From a virus (Duplodnaviria > Heunggongvirae > Uroviricota > Caudoviricetes): DNA of 64,000 bases. Position 1 is the stretch's first letter, and the number at the start of each line of letters is the position of its first letter. Shown piece by piece: positions 19,799-29,147 of this stretch. The DNA lies in IMG/VR virus record IMGVR_UViG_3300045988_155334; one strand, given 5' to 3'. A program made the position numbers and the translations under genes. The notes under the pieces are model-generated. The model was not told the origin of the DNA. It searched no databases and saw only the letters and a program-made list of their open reading frames with translations.

Positions 19799-21526
19799 TT
19801 ACTCAGAGTCACCGGCATCAATCGTGTCGCCGCTTATGAAGTTAAGCCCGCCTTTTTTGGCCATTGTCAGCGTTACACGAGTGAAGTAATCAGCGCCGTT
19901 GCGTGGGTGCATATCGTTGATAGCCGAACCCCACAGTGTGGTACGGTTGACCAGCGCCGGAGTGGTCGGATGCTGGAACGGGATCGCCGGGACAGCATCA
20001 CCAGTCACGAAGCCTGCTTTACCCGGATTTTCATCACGGACGTAGCACAGCACATCCATCGAGCTGAACTGAATGTTCTCTGTCGTTAAGTTCTTACAAA
20101 TACCAGCAGGTACTTCGTACACTTTCACGTTACCGAACAGGGTACCGATGTAGTGAACATACGGAGTCTGGATATAGTCTTCGGCTGGCTGGAAGAAATC
20201 CTTCGGCAACTGTTTGAAGAAAGATGCTGCATCAGCACCAGCAAACATCCCCATCGCACCAGAAGATTTAACGCGCTCAATAATGTCGCGATATACAGTC
20301 TGGAATTTGCCACGAATGATGGTTGCCCATACATCAAAGGACTGGTTAACCGGCAGAGCGATGTCAAAGGTGTCGGTCGCAAGAGTGCGCCAGATCATGA
20401 TGCGAAGACGCAGCATATCCTGTTCATGAGACAGGTATTCCTTCAGGGTGCGGAACTGTAGGGAACCCAGGTCCAGACCAAACTCACGCTGTGCTTCATA
20501 CGCCGCCTGTACCGTGTGCTCAGCCGCGATAACGAACTGGCTTGGGAACAAGGTGTATTTCTTCATTTCGTGGTTGATCAGCGGGATCAGCTCAGGAGCG
20601 GCTTCAATATTGATTTCCGTCTCAATTGCGATCTCAGTGCCTTTATCCGGCGCTTTGGAGAACGACAGGGCAATCTGACCAATGTTGTAGTTCAGAGAGC
20701 AGGTAACAGTGATTTGCTCACCAGCTGCATTAGTAAACGAGTGAAGTAGGCTGCCGGAACCGTTATCAACAACAGACTTAATACGGTTAACGTAGATGTT
20801 AGTGCGACCTTTTCGGATTGGTACATTCTGGCCTTCGAAGTCTTCCATCTTGAAGGTTGCGGTTTTGCTAGTGCCATCGGAGCTTGCCACCAGCACATAG
20901 CGGCGACGTAACTGGCTGTACACACCAACGGATTGCATGTCCAGAACATCACCAGCAGCATAAGAACCAAAAGAGGAACCTGCCACGTTAAAGACTTCAT
21001 AGATGTCGGACTGGTCACGCGTAACCGGAATGAAGGTACACGCATCAGCGGTAGCTGCCCCCAACTGAACAGGCAGGATCATCGCGAGGAATAAAGGCAG
21101 ACGCATAACACCGTCAGAAACGCTCATCATCTCTGCTGCGACGGATTCCAGCATCGCTTTATTAGTGGCATCCATGCTATTGCGGGTGGACTCAATCAGG
21201 CAGTTTTCCAGCGTCTGGTGGCAGGAGGCCAGAATTTCCGGACGCGGCATAGATTTATGTGCTGCGGCGTAGTCAGCCAGTGCACTTGCCCACGCTGTAG
21301 CGATTTGAGCGGTGGCATTATCAGAGATACCCGCAAAAATTGGGTCTTTACGTGCAGCTTCAAGGATAGATGCGGCACGCGCGGCATCATCTTTAATGAA
21401 TTGGTTATCAGTACCGAACTGCGCAGTGCTTGCCCAGCCAAGCACAGCTTTAGAGCGTTTTGCGATATCTGCAATACGATTCTGGTATTCGCGTAAGTTA
21501 CTCAATTTACTCTTCCTTAAACACAA
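19799..21526 (-). CDS. Major capsid protein precursor (gp23-like)
   Basis: 575-aa ORF, first gene of the late operon; size matches the P1 head protein precursor. Confidence 0.55.
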   Translation of the reverse strand: MCLRKSKLSNLREYQNRIADIAKRSKAVLGWASTAQFGTDNQFIKDDAARAASILEAARKDPIFAGISDNATAQIATAWASALADYAAAHKSMPRPEILASCHQTLENCLIESTRNSMDATNKAMLESVAAEMMSVSDGVMRLPLFLAMILPVQLGAATADACTFIPVTRDQSDIYEVFNVAGSSFGSYAAGDVLDMQSVGVYSQLRRRYVLVASSDGTSKTATFKMEDFEGQNVPIRKGRTNIYVNRIKSVVDNGSGSLLHSFTNAAGEQITVTCSLNYNIGQIALSFSKAPDKGTEIAIETEINIEAAPELIPLINHEMKKYTLFPSQFVIAAEHTVQAAYEAQREFGLDLGSLQFRTLKEYLSHEQDMLRLRIMIWRTLATDTFDIALPVNQSFDVWATIIRGKFQTVYRDIIERVKSSGAMGMFAGADAASFFKQLPKDFFQPAEDYIQTPYVHYIGTLFGNVKVYEVPAGICKNLTTENIQFSSMDVLCYVRDENPGKAGFVTGDAVPAIPFQHPTTPALVNRTTLWGSAINDMHPRNGADYFTRVTLTMAKKGGLNFISGDTIDAGDSE

Positions 21527-21639
21527 GGCACTTGTGTGAATCCCTTTTCGGAAGAGATTTTATTGAAAGTCACTTGTTGACTTTCTCGTGACAAGCAATT
21601 TTTTTATTTTTTTCGGGAGTAGGGGAGGAAGGTAAAATC

Positions 21640-21728
21640 CAAGGTGAAATCGTGGCGATTTCACCTTGAAATTTTAGAGGTATTTACTTTAAAAACAGTA
21701 GGTTAATAGTGAAATTTGAATGGCGAAA
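21640..21728. promoter_or_regulatory. parS partition site (ParB box A/B motifs around an AT-rich IHF-like core)
   Basis: gtgaaat, tggcga, atttcac ... AT-rich core ... gtgaaat, tggcga, immediately downstream of parB. Confidence 0.75.
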
Positions 21729-21730
21729 GT

Positions 21731-22732
21731 TTAAGGCTTCGGTTTTTTATCGAGGCTCTTTCTAAGGATATGCCCAATCATCCTGTCGAGTTCTTCCTGT
21801 AGCTCTTTTGAAAGTCGATTAAACTCATAAGAAAATGCACGGCCTTTCACGCGCTTCCTTGCAAAGCGATCCTTGTCCTCAAATTTCCATAATTCAGTAA
21901 CTACGGACTTATCTTTAGAACCTTTATCCGTGAGTAGTGAGGCTTCCTTTGTTATCAAGCGCAGGATTTTATTTTTAACTTCATCTTCGGCCATTTCTTC
22001 AATGGATAAGATGTCGTTTATTTCCGGGGATATGTTTTGAATAAGCTGATCAAACTCTAAATTCTTGTTCCCCATTTCGTCGCCAACAGCACAAAGCGTT
22101 TTGTAGTCCGAAAAGGTTAATTCCGACTGCACAGGGAAAAGGGCGACTAATTCTTCCGGAGCACTCGCTGCCTGGAGAGCACGCGTGACCTTCGCCTGAG
22201 ACAGCCCTTCTTTGGCTGCAATATCCTTCTGACTCATCCCATCATTTTTCATTCGCATCAAACGCAGACCTATTTCTCGAATGCTGTGCTGCAATGCTGT
22301 CTGAACGTCTTTCGCTAAATTTTGCGCTTCCTGAACGCTGATCTCCTGGTCCGTGACTAAAACCCGCAACCCTACGTTCTCTAAGATGGCAGAAGCTCGA
22401 CGCCGGGAACCATCCAAAATTTCAATTTTCCCTGTAGCCCGTCTAACACCTATTGCAGGGTAAAATTGCTGATGCTTAATAGTGCTTCGGATACTTTTTA
22501 ATGATTTTGGCGTAAGAGATGCCTGGTCACGCCCGTTGTTATGCTGATCAACAAAGGTATCGCTTTCTACCTGGTTCGGAGGTATTACCTCTTCAATAAA
22601 TGTGGCCTGGCGACCAGTTGATAACTTGAATACCTGCTCGACTCGATCGCCAGAGGCTGAAGAACTATCAAATCCGCTTAATATTGAAGGATTAAGGGTT
22701 CGCCCAATTGTTGGTCTGTTTTTCTTTGACAT
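21731..22732 (-). CDS. parB: ParB partition protein
   Basis: 333 aa, downstream of parA and upstream of parS. Confidence 0.9.
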   Translation of the reverse strand: MSKKNRPTIGRTLNPSILSGFDSSSASGDRVEQVFKLSTGRQATFIEEVIPPNQVESDTFVDQHNNGRDQASLTPKSLKSIRSTIKHQQFYPAIGVRRATGKIEILDGSRRRASAILENVGLRVLVTDQEISVQEAQNLAKDVQTALQHSIREIGLRLMRMKNDGMSQKDIAAKEGLSQAKVTRALQAASAPEELVALFPVQSELTFSDYKTLCAVGDEMGNKNLEFDQLIQNISPEINDILSIEEMAEDEVKNKILRLITKEASLLTDKGSKDKSVVTELWKFEDKDRFARKRVKGRAFSYEFNRLSKELQEELDRMIGHILRKSLDKKPKP

Positions 22733-22748
22733 GGGGGTTTCTTACTCC

Positions 22749-23945
22749 TCAGTTAGATCTGATAAATTCAATACGGTCAAAAACTGCTTTAGCAAAATCT
22801 TCCGCGGCAATTCGCGCGTTCTTCAATGCATCAGCACTACCAACATACGTTGCCGGGTTAGCTGAAATAACAGTGTCAAAAGACTCGCCGCAACGTTCAA
22901 AACCGTCAAGGCGAGGGAGGACGACATCGAGCATATCCCCACCGAACACTTCTTTAGCCAGGCTATGGCAATACTTATGATCTGCCTTGTTACTCAACTT
23001 GGACATAAAACCAATGTTAGTCGCAAGCTGGCACTCGCAGCCTTCATCCGAAATGAGTTTTACCAACTCAGGAAGGCGGGCAACGTATTTAAGCGATGAG
23101 TGGAAATCGACAGTTGCTGGCGGCAGAGGTGTAAACAGTATATTGGCCGAGGCCAAAGCATTTTTCAGGAAGGCGTCAAGGTGAGGACCACTATCAACGA
23201 GGATAAAGTCATAATCGCTCTTCAGCTTATCAATCACATTTTCTTTCAGGACAGCATGGATGTTCTGACCCGGTAGATGCTCATTGCACAGCTCTCTCCA
23301 ATCGGATGCAATAAAGGCATCGTCAATCGACGCAGGCATAACGTCAACCCCAGGTACAACAGAAGGAACAATAAACTCCTCTAACAGCTCTTCACGGCTT
23401 ACATTCTGCAACATAGCCTGTGCAGATGTTGCGTTTACGATACCAATAGAGTGTTTATGGCTTAAAAACATCGTTGCTGAAGATTGCGGATCAAGGTCAA
23501 TAACCAGAATCCTTAAATCTTCCATCAGAAGATGAGGGTGGGCACGCATTGCATGCGCCAGAGAAACCGTCGATACAGTTTTTGACACACCGCCTTTAAG
23601 ATTGGAGATGAAAATCACATACGCTTCGCTGTAGCGATCCCGGTATTTTGGCACTCCGCGATGTTCATATATGTCAATGATGTTCTGAATTGACATCGCA
23701 TATTTCATTGAAGAGCCAGCAGGGCGTTTATCGAAAACATAACCCTTTTCTTCCATTTCACTTACGGCATAGTCAACGTTCGCTCGAGTCAGTAGAGGCA
23801 ATTTTGCCAGTGCCGCTTTCGCATAGACCTGGTAAAACTCGTTCGCGTGTAGCTCATCCTTTTGCAACTGTACTTGTTCAGTCAGAACATTGAGCATTCT
23901 GTTTGCTCTTTGAGCAACCTTGTGAAGCTGGCTGGAATCACTCAT
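22749..23945 (-). CDS. parA: ParA partition ATPase (type Ia with N-terminal DNA-binding extension)
   Basis: 398 aa; Walker A KGGVSKT. Confidence 0.9.
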   Translation of the reverse strand: MSDSSQLHKVAQRANRMLNVLTEQVQLQKDELHANEFYQVYAKAALAKLPLLTRANVDYAVSEMEEKGYVFDKRPAGSSMKYAMSIQNIIDIYEHRGVPKYRDRYSEAYVIFISNLKGGVSKTVSTVSLAHAMRAHPHLLMEDLRILVIDLDPQSSATMFLSHKHSIGIVNATSAQAMLQNVSREELLEEFIVPSVVPGVDVMPASIDDAFIASDWRELCNEHLPGQNIHAVLKENVIDKLKSDYDFILVDSGPHLDAFLKNALASANILFTPLPPATVDFHSSLKYVARLPELVKLISDEGCECQLATNIGFMSKLSNKADHKYCHSLAKEVFGGDMLDVVLPRLDGFERCGESFDTVISANPATYVGSADALKNARIAAEDFAKAVFDRIEFIRSN

Positions 23946-23949
23946 CGAA

Positions 23950-23990
23950 AGTCATCCTTTATGCTGTATTTTTGAATTTAATTAAAAATG
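23950..23990. promoter_or_regulatory. par operon promoter/operator (AT-rich imperfect palindrome)
   Basis: atgctgtatttttgaatt...aattaaaaatgctgcat immediately upstream of parA. Confidence 0.45.
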
Positions 23991-24218
23991 CTGCATAAAA
24001 TAATAATGTATGCGTAGATGCTTGTACATAGCATTCTCTGCATGCTTACTCCTTTGCAAGGTGTGTCACAACATGCTTTGGCATCCTCCACGCATAAAGG
24101 ACGCGGATTTCTTCTACGTTCAGGTTGTAGCCTGAATCATTTTGGTGATTTCCTGCTTCAACGGGCAGCCAGGCTTCACTCTCTATCAACTGGTGAGAAC
24201 GGCTTGCCCGGCAGCTTC

Positions 24219-24502
24219 GATGTGTGCTGGAGGGAGAATAAAAGTTTAAGATGTGCGATAGAGGGAAGTCGCATTGAATTATGTGCTGTGGAGGGATCAC
24301 TGGTATCAAATATGTGTGCTGGAGGGAAAGACAGAGAATTACATGTGCACTGGAGGGAAAAACGGATGTACAGATGTGTGCTGGAGGGAAAGTCTGAGCA
24401 AACTGCGGGGCGTCCCCCTCCAGCGCACATCAAAAACGGGAAATTGGACAAGCCTTCCCGGCAGCACACATTTTTTGAATGCAGCTGCCCTCCAGCACAC
24501 AC
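24219..24502. repeat. incA copy-control locus: nine 19-bp RepA iterons
   Basis: Six copies of ~GATGTGTGCTGGAGGGAAA followed by three in reverse orientation (..CCTCCAGCACACA..), abutting the repA stop. Confidence 0.85.
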
Positions 24503-25363
24503 TTATTCGGGGAGTTTCAGCTTTGGATTGCGAGAATGGACGATTACAAAACTTTCCCGGCCTTTCTTCTCAATTGAACAGTCGAGATAGCCGATTGTTT
24601 TAAGCTGTTCTATCGCTTTCTTAATGATACGGTTTTGCTCGCCAACAGCTGACTGCAAAGCCAGGCGCTCACGGATTCGCGCGAACGATAGCGGCAACGG
24701 ATTCTGCGGAAGGCTTTCGATAAAAGTGTAAATGGCTTGTGCAGCTTCTTTCTTCGGAAGGGCACGCAAGGCGTGGTGCTGCAACAGGACGCGATAATCA
24801 AGCTGGAACAGCTCCCACAGCTTCGAGTCGGCTTCCAGCTCGATCAGATCGAGGTCAGCATCGAAACGTCCGACCTTCAACAGACCAGTCTGGTAGCCAC
24901 CTTTAGCATCTTTACCACGCTTAAAAGCGATACCCTTGTTACGCAAGCGGCCAAGTGATTCATGAATGGTTAAACGCAGTTTCGCATCCAGACGTTTTGA
25001 GGGGAAACCGCAGGCTTTAGCGAATTCCTGAAACGATAACTGGATGGTGTTTGAGGACAAGCCGTATTTGCTGAACGCGTAGATAACACCGATCCACGTT
25101 TTGAAATCAGTATCCATATCGAGTCGAGGACCGGTGATTTTAATGTCATCGTAACCTTCTGCTTTAGCTATCTCCAGCTGGGAAAACGCTTTGGTGGCAT
25201 CAATCTCTTTACTTTCTCCTTTGCTCTTTGATGGCTTCGGCACGAATACCCCCAAGCGCATCAACGCTACAGGCTGCACAGTGTTGTTTGAATTAACTGT
25301 TAATTCTTTTGCCTTACTTTCAATGTCTGCGTAAAGAATATCGGAGATAAAAGATTGATTCAT
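24503..25363 (-). CDS. repA: RepA plasmid replication initiator
   Basis: 286 aa, flanked by iteron arrays on both sides. Confidence 0.9.
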   Translation of the reverse strand: MNQSFISDILYADIESKAKELTVNSNNTVQPVALMRLGVFVPKPSKSKGESKEIDATKAFSQLEIAKAEGYDDIKITGPRLDMDTDFKTWIGVIYAFSKYGLSSNTIQLSFQEFAKACGFPSKRLDAKLRLTIHESLGRLRNKGIAFKRGKDAKGGYQTGLLKVGRFDADLDLIELEADSKLWELFQLDYRVLLQHHALRALPKKEAAQAIYTFIESLPQNPLPLSFARIRERLALQSAVGEQNRIIKKAIEQLKTIGYLDCSIEKKGRESFVIVHSRNPKLKLPE

Positions 25364-25379
25364 ATTACTTTTTCCGAAT

Positions 25380-25645
25380 TATGTGGATAGTTTTTATAAG
25401 CGGTGATAACTACCCAGGCTTTCCCGTCAGCACACATCCTATATCCCGCCAGCACACATTAGCAACCCGTCAGCACACATTTTTATCCCTCCAGCACACA
25501 TCGTTTTCCCTCCAGCACACATCGTGATACACTTCTAAGCCAGACGTGGCGCGGCCTGCAACGATCAGGGATCTATATGGATCTAATTGGGATCTGTATG
25601 GACCTAATTATTGGATCTATCCAGTGGATAATGTGGATAAGTGAA
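25380..25645. other. oriR plasmid origin: DnaA boxes, five incC iterons (25420-25524), five GATC sites in short repeats, tandem DnaA boxes
   Basis: tgtggatag at 25382; five iterons (..CC-N-CAGCACACAT); GATC at ~25563-25615; agtggataa-tgtggataa at 25623-25640. Confidence 0.85.
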
Positions 25646-25681
25646 AAACCGGCCAACAAAGCCGGTTGGAAGGAAGCCGTA

Positions 25682-26074
25682 TTATTCTACGCTTTCGATG
25701 AGAAGGCCATGTTCATAACATTTAAGCTCATCGCCTTCGTACAGGAATTGGTATCCAATACCACCATTTTCATGGACATTAGGGAATAACTCATAACTCA
25801 CTGAAGAGCAAATCACACCAATGCAGCGATCAACGCCTTCTCGTTCTTCAGTACTGAAAAAATCCTCTTCGGTAAGAACATGAGTACATTGCTCATCAGC
25901 ATAGATCGGAAATACATGCTCGATGCAATCCGGGTGTTTTAAACCAAGCTGATCGGCAAGCTCGAAAGCATGACGGTATTGTTCAGATCCTGGCTTGCCA
26001 ACAGTGATGTGCTCAATTTTGTAGATTGAAGTCGCTTTGTTGATAGTTTGCTTTACTGTTACTTTATCAGACAT
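25682..26074 (-). CDS. Hypothetical protein (UpfA-like by position)
   Basis: 130-aa ORF adjacent to oriR. Confidence 0.4.
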   Translation of the reverse strand: MSDKVTVKQTINKATSIYKIEHITVGKPGSEQYRHAFELADQLGLKHPDCIEHVFPIYADEQCTHVLTEEDFFSTEEREGVDRCIGVICSSVSYELFPNVHENGGIGYQFLYEGDELKCYEHGLLIESVE

Positions 26075-26085
26075 AAAAATCCCTT

Positions 26086-26418
26086 TTAGTTACCGCTGAT
26101 AGCGCGGTTGTAATCATTAACGTTGCGATTCTTCCTGTTAATCCCCATCAGCATCGTTTCTGTATCGAGGATATACGCTGGCAGATCATCAAAATATTCA
26201 CTGCTAAACTCTGGCATCCTGCACATAAACGCACTTTTGGGGGCAGGGTGGTTAACCTTTGTCGGCGTCGGCGTTAAATTCGCTGATCGACTCCCGGAGC
26301 AACCGCTGAGTGTCAGCAGGAATGCGCTGGCGAACATTACCCGCCGCAACCAGTTGTTTCTGAACTTCTGCTTTTCGTTCCATTTGCCTGTCAGCATACT
26401 TGGCTTGTTCTGATTCAT
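26086..26418 (-). CDS. Lipoprotein (Mlp-like)
   Basis: Lipobox LTLSGC after a hydrophobic segment; AGGAAG ribosome-binding site before the 26418 start; alternative start at 26337. Confidence 0.5.
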   Translation of the reverse strand: MNQNKPSMLTGKWNEKQKFRNNWLRRVMFASAFLLTLSGCSGSRSANLTPTPTKVNHPAPKSAFMCRMPEFSSEYFDDLPAYILDTETMLMGINRKNRNVNDYNRAISGN

Positions 26419-26701
26419 TTTTCACTTCCTGGCTGTGAAAATGTTGCTCTGCTTTGTTCATCGTCTCAATGGTCTGGTTAAGATCCATTATGGACTTATC
26501 ACGTTCCTTAACAGCCTGATCAAGACTGCCAATTTTCTCCATGGCTTGCTTTAGCTGATGACGTTCCCATGCAAACCCAGCACCAACAAGTGCGCAAATC
26601 AGAACAAGAACACCAGTAGCAGCAAGTTTCTCCTTCAAAGACAAAGCTGTTTTTAACGTAGAAAAGAATGACATGTCTTCCTCCTGAAGAAAAATTATCA
26701 A
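26252..26701 (-). CDS. Membrane-anchored coiled-coil protein (PpfA-like)
   Basis: 149-aa ORF; one transmembrane segment (VLVLICALVGAGFAW) then coiled coil; 3' end overlaps the mlp-like ORF in another frame. Confidence 0.4.
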   Translation of the reverse strand: MIIFLQEEDMSFFSTLKTALSLKEKLAATGVLVLICALVGAGFAWERHQLKQAMEKIGSLDQAVKERDKSIMDLNQTIETMNKAEQHFHSQEVKNESEQAKYADRQMERKAEVQKQLVAAGNVRQRIPADTQRLLRESISEFNADADKG

Positions 26702-26713
26702 TGAAGTCCTTTG

Positions 26714-27559
26714 TTACTGTGCCGCTTTGTTTAATTCATCAAGAACAGAATCAGGAACCAAAGCGGCGACTGCGCTGGCTGTGCTGGCCTTATTTGCTGA
26801 TGCTTCCGCAAGCGCAGTACCGATAGCATGGTTATAAGCAGTTATGGCTACGTTGGCGCTTTCATTCGCTCGTTCATACTGCTGTTGTAACGCAGTTGTG
26901 GGCGCTGTTGTCCGGTTGAAAACAACCCCAAACTGTTCAGTTGCTACTTTCAGAGATTCAATTTGTTCTTCTGTTAGTGCTGGTGGGGGAGTGGCAGTTC
27001 CGCCGCCTGAACCAGAGTCTGACGAGCTTCCTGAGCCAGTGTTAAGGGTCTGGTTAATCTCCCCCATAGCAGCGACTAAACTTGATGTATTAAGCGCGTT
27101 AACAGCGTCCTCAAGCGATTTAGTAATATTCACATCACCAATGGCAATAGAGATCGGCAGTTCTGATACTTCTCGCTCATTAGCACGGCAGTAAACATCC
27201 CAACCAATATCGAGTTGAAGCAGCATTGACAGATCTGCATAACCAGCCAACAGGTCCGCGTGCTTAGTTGCCAGTTCTCCAATGTTCGTTAAGCCGGTTA
27301 TGGTTGTTCTGATCGTCGAAACATAGCTGGTAATAGTGTCGGGATAGACAATTGTATCCAAAATTAATCCGGTCAATTCTTCTGCAAGCTGTTTTGCCGT
27401 GTTAGCACTGTTTCGTGCCGATGTTATGGCACCAGGTGTTTTCATCCCACCGGCGGCGGCCAATTTTTTATATGCGGATAACTGGTAGTCTTTTTCCAGC
27501 ATGATATCTCCTAACTTACCTGAACTAGGCCGTCTCCTGATGCTACGGTAGAGCCGCAT
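26714..27559 (-). CDS. Hypothetical protein with Gly/Ser-rich linker (UpfB-like)
   Basis: 281-aa ORF; probable start at an internal Met; central GSGSSSDSGSGGG linker. Confidence 0.4.
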   Translation of the reverse strand: MRLYRSIRRRPSSGKLGDIMLEKDYQLSAYKKLAAAGGMKTPGAITSARNSANTAKQLAEELTGLILDTIVYPDTITSYVSTIRTTITGLTNIGELATKHADLLAGYADLSMLLQLDIGWDVYCRANEREVSELPISIAIGDVNITKSLEDAVNALNTSSLVAAMGEINQTLNTGSGSSSDSGSGGGTATPPPALTEEQIESLKVATEQFGVVFNRTTAPTTALQQQYERANESANVAITAYNHAIGTALAEASANKASTASAVAALVPDSVLDELNKAAQ

Positions 27560-27795
27560 GAAACAGGGTCACCAACGCATACGACCCCTTTACCATTGAC
27601 GGTAAACCATGCCCTGGTTGATATAGCTTGCCCACCGTGCGTACTGTTTCCATCGGTATGCTGTGCATATTGCTTACCATCAACTAACACTTCTACTCCG
27701 TTGACTTTAAGTAATGGTTCACTCTCTACAGGAGGCCTGGATGGGAATCCTCCGTGCCCCGAACAAATGCTGTCTTTTGTTGCAATACTTGCCAC
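27511..27795 (-). CDS. PAAR-like spike-tip protein (UpfC-like by position)
   Basis: 94 aa, GTG start; ICSGHGG, VNGVEV, THGG and VNGKGVVCVGDPVSCGS motifs typical of PAAR-repeat proteins. Confidence 0.45.
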   Translation of the reverse strand: MASIATKDSICSGHGGFPSRPPVESEPLLKVNGVEVLVDGKQYAQHTDGNSTHGGQAISTRAWFTVNGKGVVCVGDPVSCGSTVASGDGLVQVS

Positions 27796-27886
27796 GTTAT
27801 CACCAATGATTTGCTCTGATTTTCGTTATTTTAACTTAGGTTGTTTGTGGTCTGCATGGCGTTTACTTATTATAAAATTGCTCTAA

Positions 27887-27903
27887 TAAATATTGTTTTT
27901 TAT
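27887..27903 (+). promoter_or_regulatory. C1 operator overlapping the promoter of uhr-hrdC-dmt
   Basis: ATTGCTCTAATAAATAT, 16/17 match; -35 TTGCTC and -10-like TATGTC. Confidence 0.6.
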
Positions 27904-27964
27904 GTCGTGTTTTCGGTACCATTCAGCCATCGCCCTTCAATGGGCATTTGTTTGGAGTCGTCAG

Positions 27965-28249
27965 ATGCAGATGGAGCTAATAAGCCGCAAGGAGTTCGAT
28001 AGCCGTGTAACCAGCGGTGAACTCGACAACTTGCAGGCTATCAAGGTGAAAGAAGGCTTTTGCCTCATTGGGAATCAGAGCGGAACAAATCGCGTTTTTA
28101 TGCTTCGCCGTACGGATTTGAAGCCATTTGTCTGGAAGAACGAAATTGGTCCCAGCTCATACGCTCAAACGAGGGGGTGCCACAACCTGGCCTTTTTCTA
28201 CAAAGACGAGCTTTCTGTGGTTGATATTCAAGGGTTACAACATGTTTAA
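27965..28249 (+). CDS. Small protein upstream of hrdC (Uhr-like)
   Basis: ORF 27893-28249; likely start ATG 27965 after a GGAG ribosome-binding site; stop overlaps the hrdC start. Confidence 0.4.
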   Translation: MQMELISRKEFDSRVTSGELDNLQAIKVKEGFCLIGNQSGTNRVFMLRRTDLKPFVWKNEIGPSSYAQTRGCHNLAFFYKDELSVVDIQGLQHV

Positions 28250-29147
28250 GCACTGGAAAAACATTACTATTTATAAACTTTCTCGTGAGGCGGATCTGAC
28301 CGACTTAGAAGATAAAAAGAAAATGATCCTTTTCACGCCATGCGGTAGTCAGGATATGGCCAAGTTCGGTTTTGTATCGCCATTTGGTGATAATTCCGAA
28401 GTTATCGCTATGCATGGAAATGGTTTTATCCTTGTTGAAGCAAAGCGCGAAACAAAAATTCTTCCCCCGCCGGTTATCCAGCGAGCTATTCAAGAAAAAA
28501 TTGAAAAACTTGAGCAAGAACAAGCGCGTAAACTGAAGAAAACAGAGAAGGACTCCCTGAAAGACGAAGTTCTGCATTCTCTTCTGCCACGGGCTTTTTC
28601 AAAGTTTTCTGTTATCCAGGCGATCTACGACGGTTCAACTAAACGTATCTATATCAATGCCAGCGCGCGGCAGGCTGAGGATATGCTCGCGCTTATGCGT
28701 AAGTCTCTGGGTTCTCTTCCTGTTGTTCCCCTGAGTGTTGAAAATCCCATTGAATTAACGCTGACCGACTGGGTACGTGATGGTAGTGCTCCACAGGGAT
28801 TTCAAATGGGGGATGCGGCAGAACTTAAGGCAGTGCTTGAGGATGGCGGTATTGCCCGAGTGAAAAAGCAGGATTTGGGAAGCGATGAAATTTCCACACA
28901 CCTGGAAGCTGGCAAGCTCGTCACTAAGTTGGCACTCGACTGGCAGAACCGCATTAAATTTACACTGGACCATAACTTCAGCCTTACCAGCGTCAAATTT
29001 GCGGATGAATTGCTTGAGCAGAACTCTGATATTGATAGTGAAGATGTTGCGCAGCGACTGGACGCAGATTTCTTCCTGTTGACCAGTGAAATTTCGTGCC
29101 TGGTTGATGCTCTGGTAAATGCCCTTGGTGGAGAGGCTAAGCAGTGA
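28242..29147 (+). CDS. hrdC: HrdC, RdgC-like recombination-associated DNA-binding protein
   Basis: ORF 28128-29147; likely start ATG 28242 (301 aa); [16 protein letters not shown] and [45 protein letters not shown] resemble RdgC. Confidence 0.75.
   Translation: MFKHWKNITIYKLSREADLTDLEDKKKMILFTPCGSQDMAKFGFVSPFGDNSEVIAMHGNGFILVEAKRETKILPPPVIQRAIQEKIEKLEQEQARKLKKTEKDSLKDEVLHSLLPRAFSKFSVIQAIYDGSTKRIYINASARQAEDMLALMRKSLGSLPVVPLSVENPIELTLTDWVRDGSAPQGFQMGDAAELKAVLEDGGIARVKKQDLGSDEISTHLEAGKLVTKLALDWQNRIKFTLDHNFSLTSVKFADELLEQNSDIDSEDVAQRLDADFFLLTSEISCLVDALVNALGGEAKQ

Noticed and set aside
24018-24603. Four overlapping ORFs (24018-24590, 24046-24309, 24176-24502, 24274-24603) reported in the six-frame track
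   Set aside because: They lie entirely within the incA iteron array; repetitive sequence gives repeated peptide motifs, and no ribosome-binding site or coding signal supports them
24219-25524. Possible CRISPR array suggested by regularly spaced ~19-bp repeats
   Set aside because: Repeats are 19-bp RepA iterons in both orientations flanking repA, with irregular short spacers and no cas genes; this is a replicon, not CRISPR
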